A stretch of 64,000 nucleotides of DNA from an uncultured delta proteobacterium (GCA_963711565.1 CAVQEQ010000003.1:1408001-1472000), one strand, 5' to 3'; shown: positions 30,233 to 40,542, counted from the first letter of the stretch. Notes: generated from the sequence alone by a model not told the origin. Numbers and translations are program-made.

Positions 30233-31264
30233 CTAACTTCCCGGCTGATATATCTTGTCGAATACGCCGCCGTCGCCGAAGAACTTCGGCTGCGCCTTTT
30301 TCCATCCGCCGAAATCCGCGTCGATCGTGAGCATCGGCAGGCTCGGGAATTTGCTTGCATACTTCGCGGCGACGGCCTTGTCTTGCGGACGGAAGAAATT
30401 CTGCGCGACTATTTCCTGTCCCGCCGGCGTGTAGAGAAATTCCAGGTACGCCTTCGAGATCGCCTCGGTACCGTGCTGCTTATCCACCTTGTCCACCCAT
30501 GCGACGGGCGGCTCGGCCTTGATGCTCAGCGACGGATACACGACCTCGAACTTGTTGGCGCCAAAATCCTTGATCGCCATCCCCGCCTCGTTCTCCCACG
30601 CGATCAGCACGTCGCCGATTCCGCGCTCGACAAAGGTAGTCGTTGAGCCGCGCGCACCGGAATCGAGCACGGGCACGTTTTTGTAAAGCGCACTGACGAA
30701 CGCCGCGGCCTTGGCCTCGTCGCCGCCGTTCTTCTTCAGGGCGTAGCCCCACGCCGCGAGGAAATTCCATCGCGCGCCGCCAGAGGTCTTCGGATTCGGC
30801 GTGATCACCGAGATGCCCGGCTTCACCAGGTCATCCCAATCCTTGATGTTTTTGGGATTGCCCTTGCGCACCAACAGCACGATGGTCGAGGTATAGGGGC
30901 AACTGTTATCGGGGAGCCGCGATTGCCAGTCCGCGGGCAGCAAGCCCGCCTTGTCGACGATCGCATCGATGTCGCCCGCGAGTCCCAGCGTCACGACGTC
31001 GGCCTCGAGGCCGTCGATGACCGCGCGCGCCTGTTTGCCCGAGCCGCCGTGCGATTGGTTGATCGTAACGTCGTCACCGGTCTTTGCTTTCCAATCCTTG
31101 ACGAACTGTGCGTTGACGGCCTCGTAGAGTTCGCGGGTCGGATCGTACGAGACGTTGAGGAGCGTGATTTGAGCGGCGCGCGCGGCGCCGATGCCAAGAG
31201 CAACGCTCGCCGCCAAGGTGATGGCGGCGAGCGTATGTGTGAATTTCAATTTGCGACCGAACAT
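30233..31264 (-). CDS. sbp: Sulfate/thiosulfate-binding periplasmic protein
   Basis: [40 protein letters not shown]. Confidence 0.93.
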   Translation of the reverse strand: MFGRKLKFTHTLAAITLAASVALGIGAARAAQITLLNVSYDPTRELYEAVNAQFVKDWKAKTGDDVTINQSHGGSGKQARAVIDGLEADVVTLGLAGDIDAIVDKAGLLPADWQSRLPDNSCPYTSTIVLLVRKGNPKNIKDWDDLVKPGISVITPNPKTSGGARWNFLAAWGYALKKNGGDEAKAAAFVSALYKNVPVLDSGARGSTTTFVERGIGDVLIAWENEAGMAIKDFGANKFEVVYPSLSIKAEPPVAWVDKVDKQHGTEAISKAYLEFLYTPAGQEIVAQNFFRPQDKAVAAKYASKFPSLPMLTIDADFGGWKKAQPKFFGDGGVFDKIYQPGS

Positions 31265-31271
31265 TCTCACC

Positions 31272-32783
31272 TCAGAAGCAGATCTGGAGTTGCGACTCGA
31301 TGACGCTTTCGTTGGGCCGGTCCTTTACGTCGGCGGTCGTGCCAGCGCCGCCATTGAAGTAGGTATTCGCGTAGTCGGTCTGCCACTTGATGTTGGCAGT
31401 CAGGTACCAGTTGACGCCCAACGCAAATTCGGTGGCAGTTTTCGCGGACGCACTGGGACTGGCGAAATCGAGTTGAAACTGCCGGCTGTCCGCAGCGACG
31501 TTGCTGATCCTCGCCGCAAGCTCCCATGCGCCGAACCATCCGTTGCGCGGGTCGAACGGATGAAGCGGCTTGACCCAACCATAAGACGCGTTTTCGCCGG
31601 TCAACAGGTAGGAAGCCTGCGCGAAATAGCCAGTGTCGGTGAAGGTGTCGGTCCGGTTGATGAGCCGTTTGGTCGGACCGCTCCCCAAAGTGGTGAACAG
31701 GTTGAGCGAATGCTGGTCTTGCGCGTATTCGGCCATCAAGCCGAAGGGACCCACGTAATAGTAGGCCTGAGGCTCGAGACGCGCGCGCAATCCGGACGCG
31801 GTCACGCCCTTGCCGGGTGTGAACCAGGTGCTCGCGCCGTAGGTCTTGTAGCTCGAAATCGTGCTGCCGCGCTCATCGCCGTAGGAACCGGCGAAGCCGA
31901 AGCCCAATCCCTTGAGCCACTGGTTCTCGGTGAGTTCGAACGGCGTAGCGAAGATGCGTCCGACGAAATCTTTGCCGTCGTTGTTGTCGATGTCGGTAGT
32001 GTCCGCGGCAGTGTTGTCTGGCACTCCATTCATCAGCGCGGCGTCGTAGTAGAGGCGGCGGTCAAGAAGTTCACCGTGCAGGTCGGCGCCAGTGTCGCGG
32101 TTCGGGATCAGATTCTGGATCTCCGAGCGCTCGCTGAATTCGAGATCGCGATCCGACTGCAAGCGCTCGAGATCGAGCGGCGCCTTGAACTTCCCGGCCC
32201 TCAGGCTCGCATAGTCCCAATAGGTCATATTGATGTAGGCGTCCTGCAACGTGACCTTGCCCTGGCCGAAGTCGGGCGTGATGTTGAAGTTGTAGTACTT
32301 CGCGACCGAGCCCGTGATGATCGGGCGCACTCGGTTGAGGTAGAACGTGCTGCTGATGTCCTTGTCGCTGCCGCTGGTGAAGAAGCGGCCGTCGGCCTGG
32401 ATGATTCCGCCGAAATTAATATTGTAGTCGTGGTTCGGTGAAGAGAGAGAGAAGCCCTCTTCGCCCACCTTGACGACCGGCATCGTGACCGACCGCGCCT
32501 GCTCCGTCTGGGTCTCGACGTTGATCTTTTGGGCCTGCACGTTGAGTTGCTGGCCCTGGACGTCGACCTTTTGATCGATCACTTTCACTCTCTGATTCAG
32601 CCCTTCCAGCGTGTCGACCCTCGACTCGAGTTGCCTGATTTCAACCTTAAGCAATTCGATCTCCTGATCCTTCCGATCGGCGGAAGGCTTCGACTGCGCA
32701 TGCGCCGGGCCGGCGGCAAAAGATACCGCGGTAATTACCGCCGCCAGCAACACCGGCAGCATCGGCAAAGTGCATTTTCTCAT
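31272..32783 (-). CDS. OprO/OprP-family anion-selective porin
   Basis: Signal peptide, coiled coil, [31 protein letters not shown]-terminal Phe. Confidence 0.85.
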   Translation of the reverse strand: MRKCTLPMLPVLLAAVITAVSFAAGPAHAQSKPSADRKDQEIELLKVEIRQLESRVDTLEGLNQRVKVIDQKVDVQGQQLNVQAQKINVETQTEQARSVTMPVVKVGEEGFSLSSPNHDYNINFGGIIQADGRFFTSGSDKDISSTFYLNRVRPIITGSVAKYYNFNITPDFGQGKVTLQDAYINMTYWDYASLRAGKFKAPLDLERLQSDRDLEFSERSEIQNLIPNRDTGADLHGELLDRRLYYDAALMNGVPDNTAADTTDIDNNDGKDFVGRIFATPFELTENQWLKGLGFGFAGSYGDERGSTISSYKTYGASTWFTPGKGVTASGLRARLEPQAYYYVGPFGLMAEYAQDQHSLNLFTTLGSGPTKRLINRTDTFTDTGYFAQASYLLTGENASYGWVKPLHPFDPRNGWFGAWELAARISNVAADSRQFQLDFASPSASAKTATEFALGVNWYLTANIKWQTDYANTYFNGGAGTTADVKDRPNESVIESQLQICF

Positions 32784-32896
32784 CTCGGAAGCCCCTCATC
32801 GTATTGGGAACTTCCGGATGTCCGGTCAGCTCGCGATTGTCGATTGACAGCTCTGTCATGGCGCACCCGGATCCTTACCTGGTCCGGGCTCCTCCC
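32776..32896 (-). repeat. Leader copy 1 (upstream of porin), direct repeat of 33785..33906
   Basis: Shares aacttccggatgNccggtcagctcgcg, catggcgc, ccggatccttNcctggtccgg, ctccc with copy 2. Confidence 0.85.
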
Positions 32897-32931
32897 TGGA
32901 TTTTTATATTTTCAATGTCGTGCGCGACTCG

Positions 32932-33792
32932 TCATTTGATGCAGCCGCCCGGCTGGTTGTTGGTTGCCCCCGTGAAGTTGCCAAACCATTTGTTGCTGCC
33001 GCAACTCGAATTCGCGTCGTACAGGTCGTCCTTCGAATTGCTGCCCGCCGCTGTCTCTGTTTGGTTGGTTATGATCGAGGTCTTGGCGCCGATATCGAGC
33101 GCGACACCGTAGTTGGTATTGCCCTGGATGTTTCCCGTGAAAATGTAGTTGCCTGGTGACGGGCCGACACCCGTGCATCCGGCGCCGATCGGTCCGATAG
33201 CGGAGCATCCTACGTACAGGCCAATGTTGAGGTTGCTCTCGGTCTTGGAATTGGTGACGTCACTGGAAGAGGTTTGCTTGAGCCATATCCCGTAGTTGTT
33301 ATTAGTCTCTGCCGTCGTGTTGGTCAGCTCAACGTCCGAGGCCTTGTTCAGCTCAACGCCTGCGGTCCCGTTACTATTCGCTGAGGCGTCGTCGGCGACG
33401 ATTTGCCTGCCCTGGATCAGCAAGCCAACGTCCCACCCGCTTATCACCGAGCCGCGGAAGCCGAGAAAGTCCAAGCGGTAGGGATGATGAACCCAGACCC
33501 CGATCCCGGTCGGGGTCGTGCCGCCGGGGCCGGTGATGTTTTTCTTCGCGCCGTCAAGGATCACGAAGCTCGAGGCGATCTCGATACACGCGCCGGCTGG
33601 AGTAAGTCCCTGCGTCGAATTGATTGCCAGCCCAAGTTTGTACGAGCCCGGCGACACAATCGTGCATCCGCATGCATTGATCGTCGGAGTGCAAGCGGTC
33701 TGGGCCGAGGCCGCCGCCGGCATCATAAAGCCTGCGACAATCAGCAGTGTCGGCATGACCCACTGAAAAAGGAGCGTAACGCGGTTTCTCAT
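32932..33792 (-). CDS. Secreted right-handed parallel beta-helix (NosD/PbH1-like) protein, 8 Cys
   Basis: Signal peptide ASA-Q; repeated N..GV/GI.L motifs (NGTAGVEL, NNNYGIWL, NTNYGVAL). Confidence 0.75.
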   Translation of the reverse strand: MRNRVTLLFQWVMPTLLIVAGFMMPAAASAQTACTPTINACGCTIVSPGSYKLGLAINSTQGLTPAGACIEIASSFVILDGAKKNITGPGGTTPTGIGVWVHHPYRLDFLGFRGSVISGWDVGLLIQGRQIVADDASANSNGTAGVELNKASDVELTNTTAETNNNYGIWLKQTSSSDVTNSKTESNLNIGLYVGCSAIGPIGAGCTGVGPSPGNYIFTGNIQGNTNYGVALDIGAKTSIITNQTETAAGSNSKDDLYDANSSCGSNKWFGNFTGATNNQPGGCIK

Positions 33793-33906
33793 CTCAAAAG
33801 TCCCTCGTCGTCTTGGAAACTTCCGGATGACCGGTCAGCTCGCGGTTGGTGTTGACGGCTCTATTCATGGCGCGCCGGATCCTTCCCTGGTCCGGTGTTC
33901 CTCCCC
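33785..33906 (-). repeat. Leader copy 2 (upstream of beta-helix gene), contains a 24-aa uORF at 33794..33868
   Basis: Direct repeat of 32776..32896; uORF MNRAVNTNRELTGHPEVSKTTRDF*. Confidence 0.85.
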
Positions 33907-33951
33907 ACAAATCTTCGATGGCCGTGAGTAATTCATTTCGAATCGATTGAA

Positions 33952-34149
33952 TTACCCGCGACTTGTCTTGTCGAAGCGAAATTTTTCTTTGCGCTCGATC
34001 TGCACGACTCGCGAGTCCTGGATCACGACCTCGACCGAGCCGAAGCGCACGCCGCTGATTGCATTCGCGATGCGCCGCAGGATGTCGTCGCCCGTCTCGG
34101 GCTCGGATTGAGCATCGCGACGGGTTATCAGGGGCGAGTCTGCTTTCAT
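33952..34149 (-). CDS. YezD/DUF2292 (OscA-like) small protein
   Basis: VRFGSVEVVIQDSRVVQIERKEKFRF signature; typical position in sulfur operons. Confidence 0.88.
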   Translation of the reverse strand: MKADSPLITRRDAQSEPETGDDILRRIANAISGVRFGSVEVVIQDSRVVQIERKEKFRFDKTSRG

Positions 34150-34152
34150 AAT

Positions 34153-34177
34153 CTATCCTATTAGGTGACTAGACTAA
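34153..34177. promoter_or_regulatory. Candidate Rrf2 operator, copy upstream of yezD
   Basis: ctatcctattaggtgactagactaa, 18/25 identical to the site at 34674. Confidence 0.55.
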
Positions 34178-34202
34178 TCTTCCAAAAAAAGTTACCCTCG
34201 AT

Positions 34203-34661
34203 TCAGATCGCGAAACTCAACGATTCATTGCCGGTAACCACCGCCTCGACGCGCTTGAGCATGTCCTCGAGCGAGGTCGAGTCCATAATCTTCGCGGTCG
34301 CGTCGCGAACTTCCTTCATCACTAATCTGATCCCGCAACTCCGCTCATCGCGGCACTCGCGGCATCGCATGTATGCCGTCTTGCTGACGCATGGCAAAGG
34401 TGCGATTGGTCCGTCCAGCACGCGTACAATGTGCCCCACGCTGATCTGACGAGGCTCGCGTCCGAGAAAGTATCCCCCGCCCTTGCCCTTCTTGCTCTGC
34501 AGGAGTCCCTGGTTCTTGAGCTCGAGCAGGATCAGTTCGAGAAACTTGCGCGGGATACCCTCGCGCTGCGCCAAATCAGAGATGAGCACGGGTCCCTGTC
34601 CGTATTCCTTGGCCAAAACCATCATCGCCTTGAGTGCGTATTTCGACTTCTTCGAGAGCAT
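34203..34661 (-). CDS. Rrf2 family transcriptional regulator
   Basis: SKKSKYAL, IPRKFLELIL, SKKGKGGGYFL, C-x8-C-x2-C-x5-C. Confidence 0.92.
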   Translation of the reverse strand: MLSKKSKYALKAMMVLAKEYGQGPVLISDLAQREGIPRKFLELILLELKNQGLLQSKKGKGGGYFLGREPRQISVGHIVRVLDGPIAPLPCVSKTAYMRCRECRDERSCGIRLVMKEVRDATAKIMDSTSLEDMLKRVEAVVTGNESLSFAI

Positions 34662-34673
34662 TTGATCAACGGG

Positions 34674-34720
34674 TTAGTCGATAGGGTGGCTAGACTAAAG
34701 ATCGCGAGGAATTCAGTCAA
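34674..34720 (-). promoter_or_regulatory. Sigma70-type promoter of the rrf2 operon overlapped by a palindromic operator
   Basis: TTGACT (34720-34715)-N17-TAGTCT (34697-34692); TTAGTC-N13-GACTAA at 34674..34698. Confidence 0.6.
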
Positions 34721-34773
34721 GAGCCAGCGACGATAAATATTTGCGTGCCGTTAGAGGGGAAATTCCTTGCGTT

Positions 34774-35616
34774 TCAGCGCGCCTTGGCCTTCAGATCGGC
34801 GTACTTGTCGAGCAACGGCAGTACCGTCTCGCGCGGCGCGGGCGGCAGCGCGAATATTAGCCGGTCGAGGCCGAGGTCGAGGAACTTCTTGATGTGTTCT
34901 TCGTTCGGACCGACACCAAACATCGAGACCGGAAGTTTGCCGCGGCCCGCTTTCTTGCCCGCGTCGGCAAGCGCCTTCAGGCCTGCGGCGAGATCGTATC
35001 GCGGAAAATTAATCGGCATCCATCCGTCGCAGTACTCGGCGGCGCGATCGAACGTCTTGGGCGATTGCGAGCCGAGCAGAATCGGCGGACCACCCGCCTG
35101 CACCGGCTTGGGGAACGACCAGATCGGATCGAAGTTCACGAACTCGCCGTGAAACTCGGCCGCCTCCTTTGTCCAGATTTGCCGAATCGCGAGAATTTTT
35201 TCCCTGACGATTTTCCAGCGCCGCTTGAACTGCGCGCCATGATTCGCCATCTCCTCGACGTTCCAGCCCGCGCCGATTCCGAAAATCACGCGGCCGCCCG
35301 AAATCATGTCGAGCGATGCGACTTCCTTCGCGAGCGTGATCGGGTCGCGCTCGATCACCAGGCATACTCCCGTGCCGAGCTTCAGTTTCTTCGTGACCGC
35401 CGCGGCCGCGCCGAGCGCGACGAACGGATCGTGCGTGTGCCAGTACTCCTTCGGCAAGTCCGCGCCGCCGGGCCACGGCGTTTTGCGCGACGCGGGTATG
35501 TGAGTGTGCTCGGGAAAGAAGATCGACTCGAAGCCGCGTTCTTCAGCCGCGAGCGCAAGTTCGATCGGCTGGATTGCGTAATCGGTCGGGAACATCGAGA
35601 TTCCGAATTCGGCCAT
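34774..35616 (-). CDS. LLM class F420-dependent oxidoreductase (Rv2161c-like)
   Basis: FPEHTHIP, DPFVALG, LGTGVCL, GIGAGWNVEE, PKPVQ. Confidence 0.88.
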   Translation of the reverse strand: MAEFGISMFPTDYAIQPIELALAAEERGFESIFFPEHTHIPASRKTPWPGGADLPKEYWHTHDPFVALGAAAAVTKKLKLGTGVCLVIERDPITLAKEVASLDMISGGRVIFGIGAGWNVEEMANHGAQFKRRWKIVREKILAIRQIWTKEAAEFHGEFVNFDPIWSFPKPVQAGGPPILLGSQSPKTFDRAAEYCDGWMPINFPRYDLAAGLKALADAGKKAGRGKLPVSMFGVGPNEEHIKKFLDLGLDRLIFALPPAPRETVLPLLDKYADLKAKAR

Positions 35617-35688
35617 GGCGATTCCTCCTGGCTAAGCGCGCTGTGCGGGTTTCATATCACAACTGATCGGCGAAGCGTTTGCGCGAGT

Positions 35689-37674
35689 CTACAGCGGCGA
35701 CGCGCCAACGATGCGGACCTTCGCAGTCGAACCGGGCATTCGATCGCCGTTCATCGGCTCGTACCGGCCGCCGAGGTTGTCGGCGAGGAATTTCTCGAGG
35801 CGCGCGGTAAAGTCGAGCCGATTCTCGGGCCGCACGAAACCGTGACCTTCGTCAGTATATAAAACGTAAACCGCGTTCCCGTGATGCTTCGCGATCGCCT
35901 CGACAATCTGTTCCGCTTCGGCCTGCTTCACGCGCGGATCGTTCGCGCCCTGGCCGATCAGCATCGGGATTTTAATTTTATCGGCGGAGAACAGCGGCGA
36001 CGCCGCAGTCAGCAGCTCCTTGTCTTTGGGATCGGCGGGATTTCCAACCCTGGTATCGAAGATCGAGCGCATAACTCCCCAGTACGGCGGAATCGACGCC
36101 AGCAGCGTGAACAGATTGGACGGGCCGCATTCGTCGATCGCGCATCGATACAAGTCGGGCGTGAATGCCGCGCCGGCGAGCGCCGCGTAACCGCCGTACG
36201 AACTGCCGAAAATCGCGACGCGCTTCCGGTCGGCTATTCCCGCGTTGACGGCCCACTTGACGCCGTCGGTCAAGTCGCTCTGCATCGTGAGGCCCCATTC
36301 GCGATCGCCCGCGTGCAGATACTTCTTTCCAAACCCGGTCGAGCCGCGAAAGTTTATCTGCAGCACGGCATAGCCGCGGTTCGCGAGCAGTTGGATGTAG
36401 GGATTGAGGCCCCAACTGTCGCGCGCCCACGGCCCGCCATGGACCGCGAGCACCAGCGGCAAATTTTTCACGGGCACGCCGACCGGAAGCGTGAGGTAGC
36501 CGTTGATTTTCATTCCGTCGCGCGCGGTGAAATCAACCGGCTTCATCGGAGCGAGGGGGGCGTCGTCGAGTTTGGGCTGCACGCTGAAAATGAAGGTCGC
36601 TTTCTTCGACGCGCGATCCCACGAGTAGTAGCGCTTCGGCGCGCGGTCACTCGAGAACGAGACCAGCCACGTCTCGTCGGCAAGGTCGCGATCCGCGACG
36701 TTGAAATCTCCGTCGGCAATTTTCGCAATCGCGTCGAAGTCAGCCTGGATTGACGGATCGACAACCGTCCAATGCGTCCGGCCGGGATCGAACGCGGCGG
36801 CCTGCACGACATGACGCGTCGGCTGAATCATCGCGTCGCTCAAATCCGCGTCGTCGCTGCGCGCGATGTCGGTCTCCTTTCCCGACGCGACGTCATGACG
36901 CACCAGGCGCGCGGTGTCGGTGCCGATCGAAGTGCTGAGAAAGAGCGATTTGCCGTCCTTGGTGAAATCCAGCGCGGCCAGGTTGTCGTTCATCCCGGTT
37001 TTCATCAACGTGCGCCACGCGCCCGCCGCGCTCTCGCGAATCCGAATTTCGGTGCCGCCGTCCGGCGTCACTACGATCGCCGCGCGCACGATCATGTCGT
37101 CGTCGGCCAGCCATCCCGCGACGTCGCCCGGATTTTTCGTATCGAGCTCGACGGCGCCGCTGCGCAGGTTGACCCGATAAACGTCCATCAATTTGCGATC
37201 GCGCAGGTTGAGCGCAACCAGTATTCGCTCGGGAAATTTGGGATTGGACGCGACGAACTCGGCGCGCACGCCCTGCCACGGGGTCAAATCGCGGGCGTTA
37301 TCCGAATCGAGATCGACGGCGAACAGGTGGAAGTTTTCGTCGCCGGCGGCGTCCTGCGCGTAAAGAATCGTCTTCAAATCGTACCCCCAGCCGTACGATT
37401 GGATTCCGCGACTTTTGTCGGCCGTGACGGCGCGCGCGTCGTGCCGACCAATCGTCTGCACCCACACCTGGAGGACGTCGTGTTCATCGGGGGCGAGCCA
37501 CGCCAATCGCTCGCCGTCGGGAGCGATGTGCGGATTCGCGCGCTCGGGATTTCCGAGCAGCGTGTCGCGCGGAATCAGCGGCGGCGGTTGAGAAAGGATT
37601 GGGGACGCTTGAATTGTCGAAGTCATAATGAGAACCGCCGCTATCAGCGAATACTTCCGCGCGAGTCCGGACAT
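35689..37674 (-). CDS. S9 family (prolyl oligopeptidase-like) peptidase
   Basis: Beta-propeller N-terminus, VHGGPW, GSSYGGY, QGANDPRV, DEGHGF. Confidence 0.92.
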   Translation of the reverse strand: MSGLARKYSLIAAVLIMTSTIQASPILSQPPPLIPRDTLLGNPERANPHIAPDGERLAWLAPDEHDVLQVWVQTIGRHDARAVTADKSRGIQSYGWGYDLKTILYAQDAAGDENFHLFAVDLDSDNARDLTPWQGVRAEFVASNPKFPERILVALNLRDRKLMDVYRVNLRSGAVELDTKNPGDVAGWLADDDMIVRAAIVVTPDGGTEIRIRESAAGAWRTLMKTGMNDNLAALDFTKDGKSLFLSTSIGTDTARLVRHDVASGKETDIARSDDADLSDAMIQPTRHVVQAAAFDPGRTHWTVVDPSIQADFDAIAKIADGDFNVADRDLADETWLVSFSSDRAPKRYYSWDRASKKATFIFSVQPKLDDAPLAPMKPVDFTARDGMKINGYLTLPVGVPVKNLPLVLAVHGGPWARDSWGLNPYIQLLANRGYAVLQINFRGSTGFGKKYLHAGDREWGLTMQSDLTDGVKWAVNAGIADRKRVAIFGSSYGGYAALAGAAFTPDLYRCAIDECGPSNLFTLLASIPPYWGVMRSIFDTRVGNPADPKDKELLTAASPLFSADKIKIPMLIGQGANDPRVKQAEAEQIVEAIAKHHGNAVYVLYTDEGHGFVRPENRLDFTARLEKFLADNLGGRYEPMNGDRMPGSTAKVRIVGASPL

Positions 37675-37796
37675 CGATCACAACAATGACAGAAACAATC
37701 GCGAAGTGAACATGCAAGAAAGGATACGCGACGTGATCTCATTGCTCCTCTCCGCCTGCTGACTGCGCGCCGCGGCCTCCGCTATATTCCACCGCG

Positions 37797-38669
37797 ATGG
37801 CGAAGCGACCAAAGCAGTTCGGCAGTCTGAAGGGCGACGACCGGATTCACGGCGCACCCGTCGGAATTTTCGAGGACCTCTACCACTTTCTGGTGACGAC
37901 CTCGTGGCCGGCGCTGATCGGAATAATCGCCGCCGCCTTCACCCTCGCGAACCTGCTGTTCGCCACCGGCTACTACTTCGATCAGGGAATCGAGAACGCG
38001 CACTCCGGCTCGTTCTCCGACATGTTTTTTTTCAGCGTGCAGACGATGGCGACGATCGGGTACGGCAAGATGGAGCCGTTCACGCTGTTCTCGAACATCC
38101 TGGTCTCGATCGAGGCGCTGACCGGACTGCTCGCGCTCGCGCTGATGACGGGCCTGGTCTTCTCGAAGTTCTCGCGGCCAACTGCGCGTGTCAGATTCAG
38201 CCGCTACGTCGTGATTGGCCCGCGCGACGCCGTGAACAGCCTGGCGATCAGGATGGCCAACCAGCGCGCGAACCGAATCGTCGAGGCGGAAATACACGTG
38301 GTGTTCGCACGCCAGGAAGTCACCGCCGAGGGTGACTCGATTCGGCGACTGTACGATCTGCCCGTGACGCGCAGCCGCAGCGCGATGTTCGCGTTGTCGT
38401 GGACCGCGGTCCATCGGATCCTTGAAGGCACTCCGCTGTTCGGCCAGACGCGCGAATCGCTCGCCAATTGCGCGGCCGAGATCATCGTGTCTATCATCGG
38501 ACTCGACGAGACGTTCTCTCAGACTATCCACGCCCGACATACCTACGAACTTGACGAAATCGTCTGGGGCGCGCGCTTTGCGGACGTGCTGGTGCTCCAC
38601 CCCGACGGCAGCCGAAGCGTCGATTACACGCGCTTCGACGACGTTGAGATGCTTACACCCGCCAAATGA
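37797..38669 (+). CDS. Inward-rectifier potassium channel (KirBac)
   Basis: FFFSVQTMATIGYG filter, KFSRP, RMANQR, WTAVH, IHARHTY, GARFADV. Confidence 0.92.
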   Translation: MAKRPKQFGSLKGDDRIHGAPVGIFEDLYHFLVTTSWPALIGIIAAAFTLANLLFATGYYFDQGIENAHSGSFSDMFFFSVQTMATIGYGKMEPFTLFSNILVSIEALTGLLALALMTGLVFSKFSRPTARVRFSRYVVIGPRDAVNSLAIRMANQRANRIVEAEIHVVFARQEVTAEGDSIRRLYDLPVTRSRSAMFALSWTAVHRILEGTPLFGQTRESLANCAAEIIVSIIGLDETFSQTIHARHTYELDEIVWGARFADVLVLHPDGSRSVDYTRFDDVEMLTPAK

Positions 38670-38766
38670 CGGCTCCTGGTGGTTGTTCACTTAACTGCGT
38701 AAATCTGGGCATTATCAGCGCACGCCGTGCGGTCCGAAATTCCGCTAACGGGGACGGGGAGACAGA

Positions 38767-39906
38767 ATGACGTCAGGGACTGCAGGTACATCTCGAAGAT
38801 ATCTTGTCGCGATCGCGCGATGGTTCGACACTGCGGCCGGCGGCGCTCCGGCCGCTGACCTGCCGCAGCAGACCGACTGGTTCCGATGCATTCCCTACGT
38901 CGTCGTTCACCTGATGTGCCTTGGCGTGATCTGGGTCGGATGGAGCCCGGTCGCAGTCGGCGTCGCCATCGCGATGTATTTCATCCGGATGTTCGCGATT
39001 ACCGGATTCTACCATCGCTACTTTTCTCATCGATCATTCAAGACTTCGCGGGCGGCTCAATTCGTATTCGCGGTGATCGGCGCGACCGCGGTGCAGCGCG
39101 GCGCATTATGGTGGGCGTCGCATCATCGGCTGCATCACCAGCGCTCCGACGAGCCGGAAGACGTCCATTCACCGCGTCAGCACGGATTCATCTGGAGCCA
39201 CATAGGATGGATCACATCGGAAGCGAACTTCCGCTCTGAATTCGGCGTGGTCCGCGACCTAGCGAAATTTCCCGAGCTTATGTTTCTCGATCGTTTCGAC
39301 GTGCTCGTCCCGACCATCCTCGGTTTCGCGATGTACGGGCTGGGCGCGTTTCTCAAGCACCATGCTCCGGGCCTGCACACGAGCGGCGCGCAAATGCTCA
39401 TCTGGGGATTTTTCATTTCGACCGTGGTGCTCGCGCACGGCACCTTTACGATCAATTCGCTGGCGCACGTCTTCGGCCGCCGCCGCTATGAGACCAATGA
39501 CGACAGCCGCAACAGTTTCACGCTCGCGATGGTCACGCTCGGCGAAGGATGGCACAACAATCACCATCACTTCCCGGCCGCCGCGCGCAACGGCTTCTTC
39601 TGGTGGGAAATCGACATCACGTACTACATGCTCAAGCTGCTCGAAGCGTGCGGCATAATCTGGGACCTGCGCCAGGTCCCGCCCGAGATCCTAGAGGAGC
39701 ACCTGCTCGACAAGTCCCGCGTCGCAGTTGTCGCGAAGTCGCGCGTCGGGTCAGCAGTGCCGGTGCTGCCGGTCGCGGATGCATTGCGCGCGACCGGCGA
39801 CGATAGTGGCGGGCTCGGCCGTCCGCTTTCCGAACTGGTGCGTGATGTAACCATCGAACCGCGCGCGGCGGTCGAGATCCCCGAAGTGGCCCGAGCGTCT
39901 CGATAG
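38767..39906 (+). CDS. Delta-9 acyl-CoA/acyl-lipid desaturase
   Basis: His boxes HRYFSH, HHRLHH, GEGWHNNHH. Confidence 0.92.
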   Translation: MTSGTAGTSRRYLVAIARWFDTAAGGAPAADLPQQTDWFRCIPYVVVHLMCLGVIWVGWSPVAVGVAIAMYFIRMFAITGFYHRYFSHRSFKTSRAAQFVFAVIGATAVQRGALWWASHHRLHHQRSDEPEDVHSPRQHGFIWSHIGWITSEANFRSEFGVVRDLAKFPELMFLDRFDVLVPTILGFAMYGLGAFLKHHAPGLHTSGAQMLIWGFFISTVVLAHGTFTINSLAHVFGRRRYETNDDSRNSFTLAMVTLGEGWHNNHHHFPAAARNGFFWWEIDITYYMLKLLEACGIIWDLRQVPPEILEEHLLDKSRVAVVAKSRVGSAVPVLPVADALRATGDDSGGLGRPLSELVRDVTIEPRAAVEIPEVARASR

Positions 39907-39981
39907 CCTTAGTCGGGATGACCGCGATCGACACAGCGCCGATTGCAGGCGGCGAAACGCATTACACTCTGTGAGCGATCG

Positions 39982-40515
39982 CTACTGAGCCCTGCATACG
40001 GTGGCAGAGACATTGTTCTCGGTGGTATCAATCGCGCGAAATTGAGCGTCGGCGACGCCGTCAGCGCTGGTAAAGGCAACTGCAAGTGGGCAATTGCCGC
40101 TGGTAGTGCTGCCGGGATTGATATAGCCCGTCGTATTGTCCGCGCTGATACAGTAATTTAGTGTGCCCTGCGAGGCGAAATCTTTATAACTGGGGCTCGA
40201 ATTCGGATCGTTGGTATTCTGCGCCTCGATTACGCTGACCGTGCCGACGCCCCCGCCGTTGCTAGTGAAGCTCACGATCACCAGGTCGACCTTGGGATAC
40301 CCGTTGCCGTCGAGGCCGACCCCGGTGCAGCTATACGAACCGCTGATGGTCACCGTCCCGGTGCTGGCGCAGGTAGGTGACGGCGAAGGGCAAGGGTTGC
40401 TGCTCTGCGCGCCGGCGGTGCCGGTCAGGATGGTCAAAACAAAAACAACCAGGCAAGCTTTTCTCACCGTGAGTTTCCCCAAACTTTGAGTTGCGGTCTG
40501 AAGATTCTGTCGCAT
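39982..40515 (-). CDS. Secreted 6-Cys protein of unknown function (paralog of 41651..42107)
   Basis: Signal peptide AGA-Q; CPSPSPTC, GSYSC, YKDFA, NYC, CPLA, C-terminal C; start uncertain. Confidence 0.7.
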   Translation of the reverse strand: MRQNLQTATQSLGKLTVRKACLVVFVLTILTGTAGAQSSNPCPSPSPTCASTGTVTISGSYSCTGVGLDGNGYPKVDLVIVSFTSNGGGVGTVSVIEAQNTNDPNSSPSYKDFASQGTLNYCISADNTTGYINPGSTTSGNCPLAVAFTSADGVADAQFRAIDTTENNVSATVCRAQ

Positions 40516-40542
40516 CGTATTCGTTGCGGCTAGCCGCACCTC

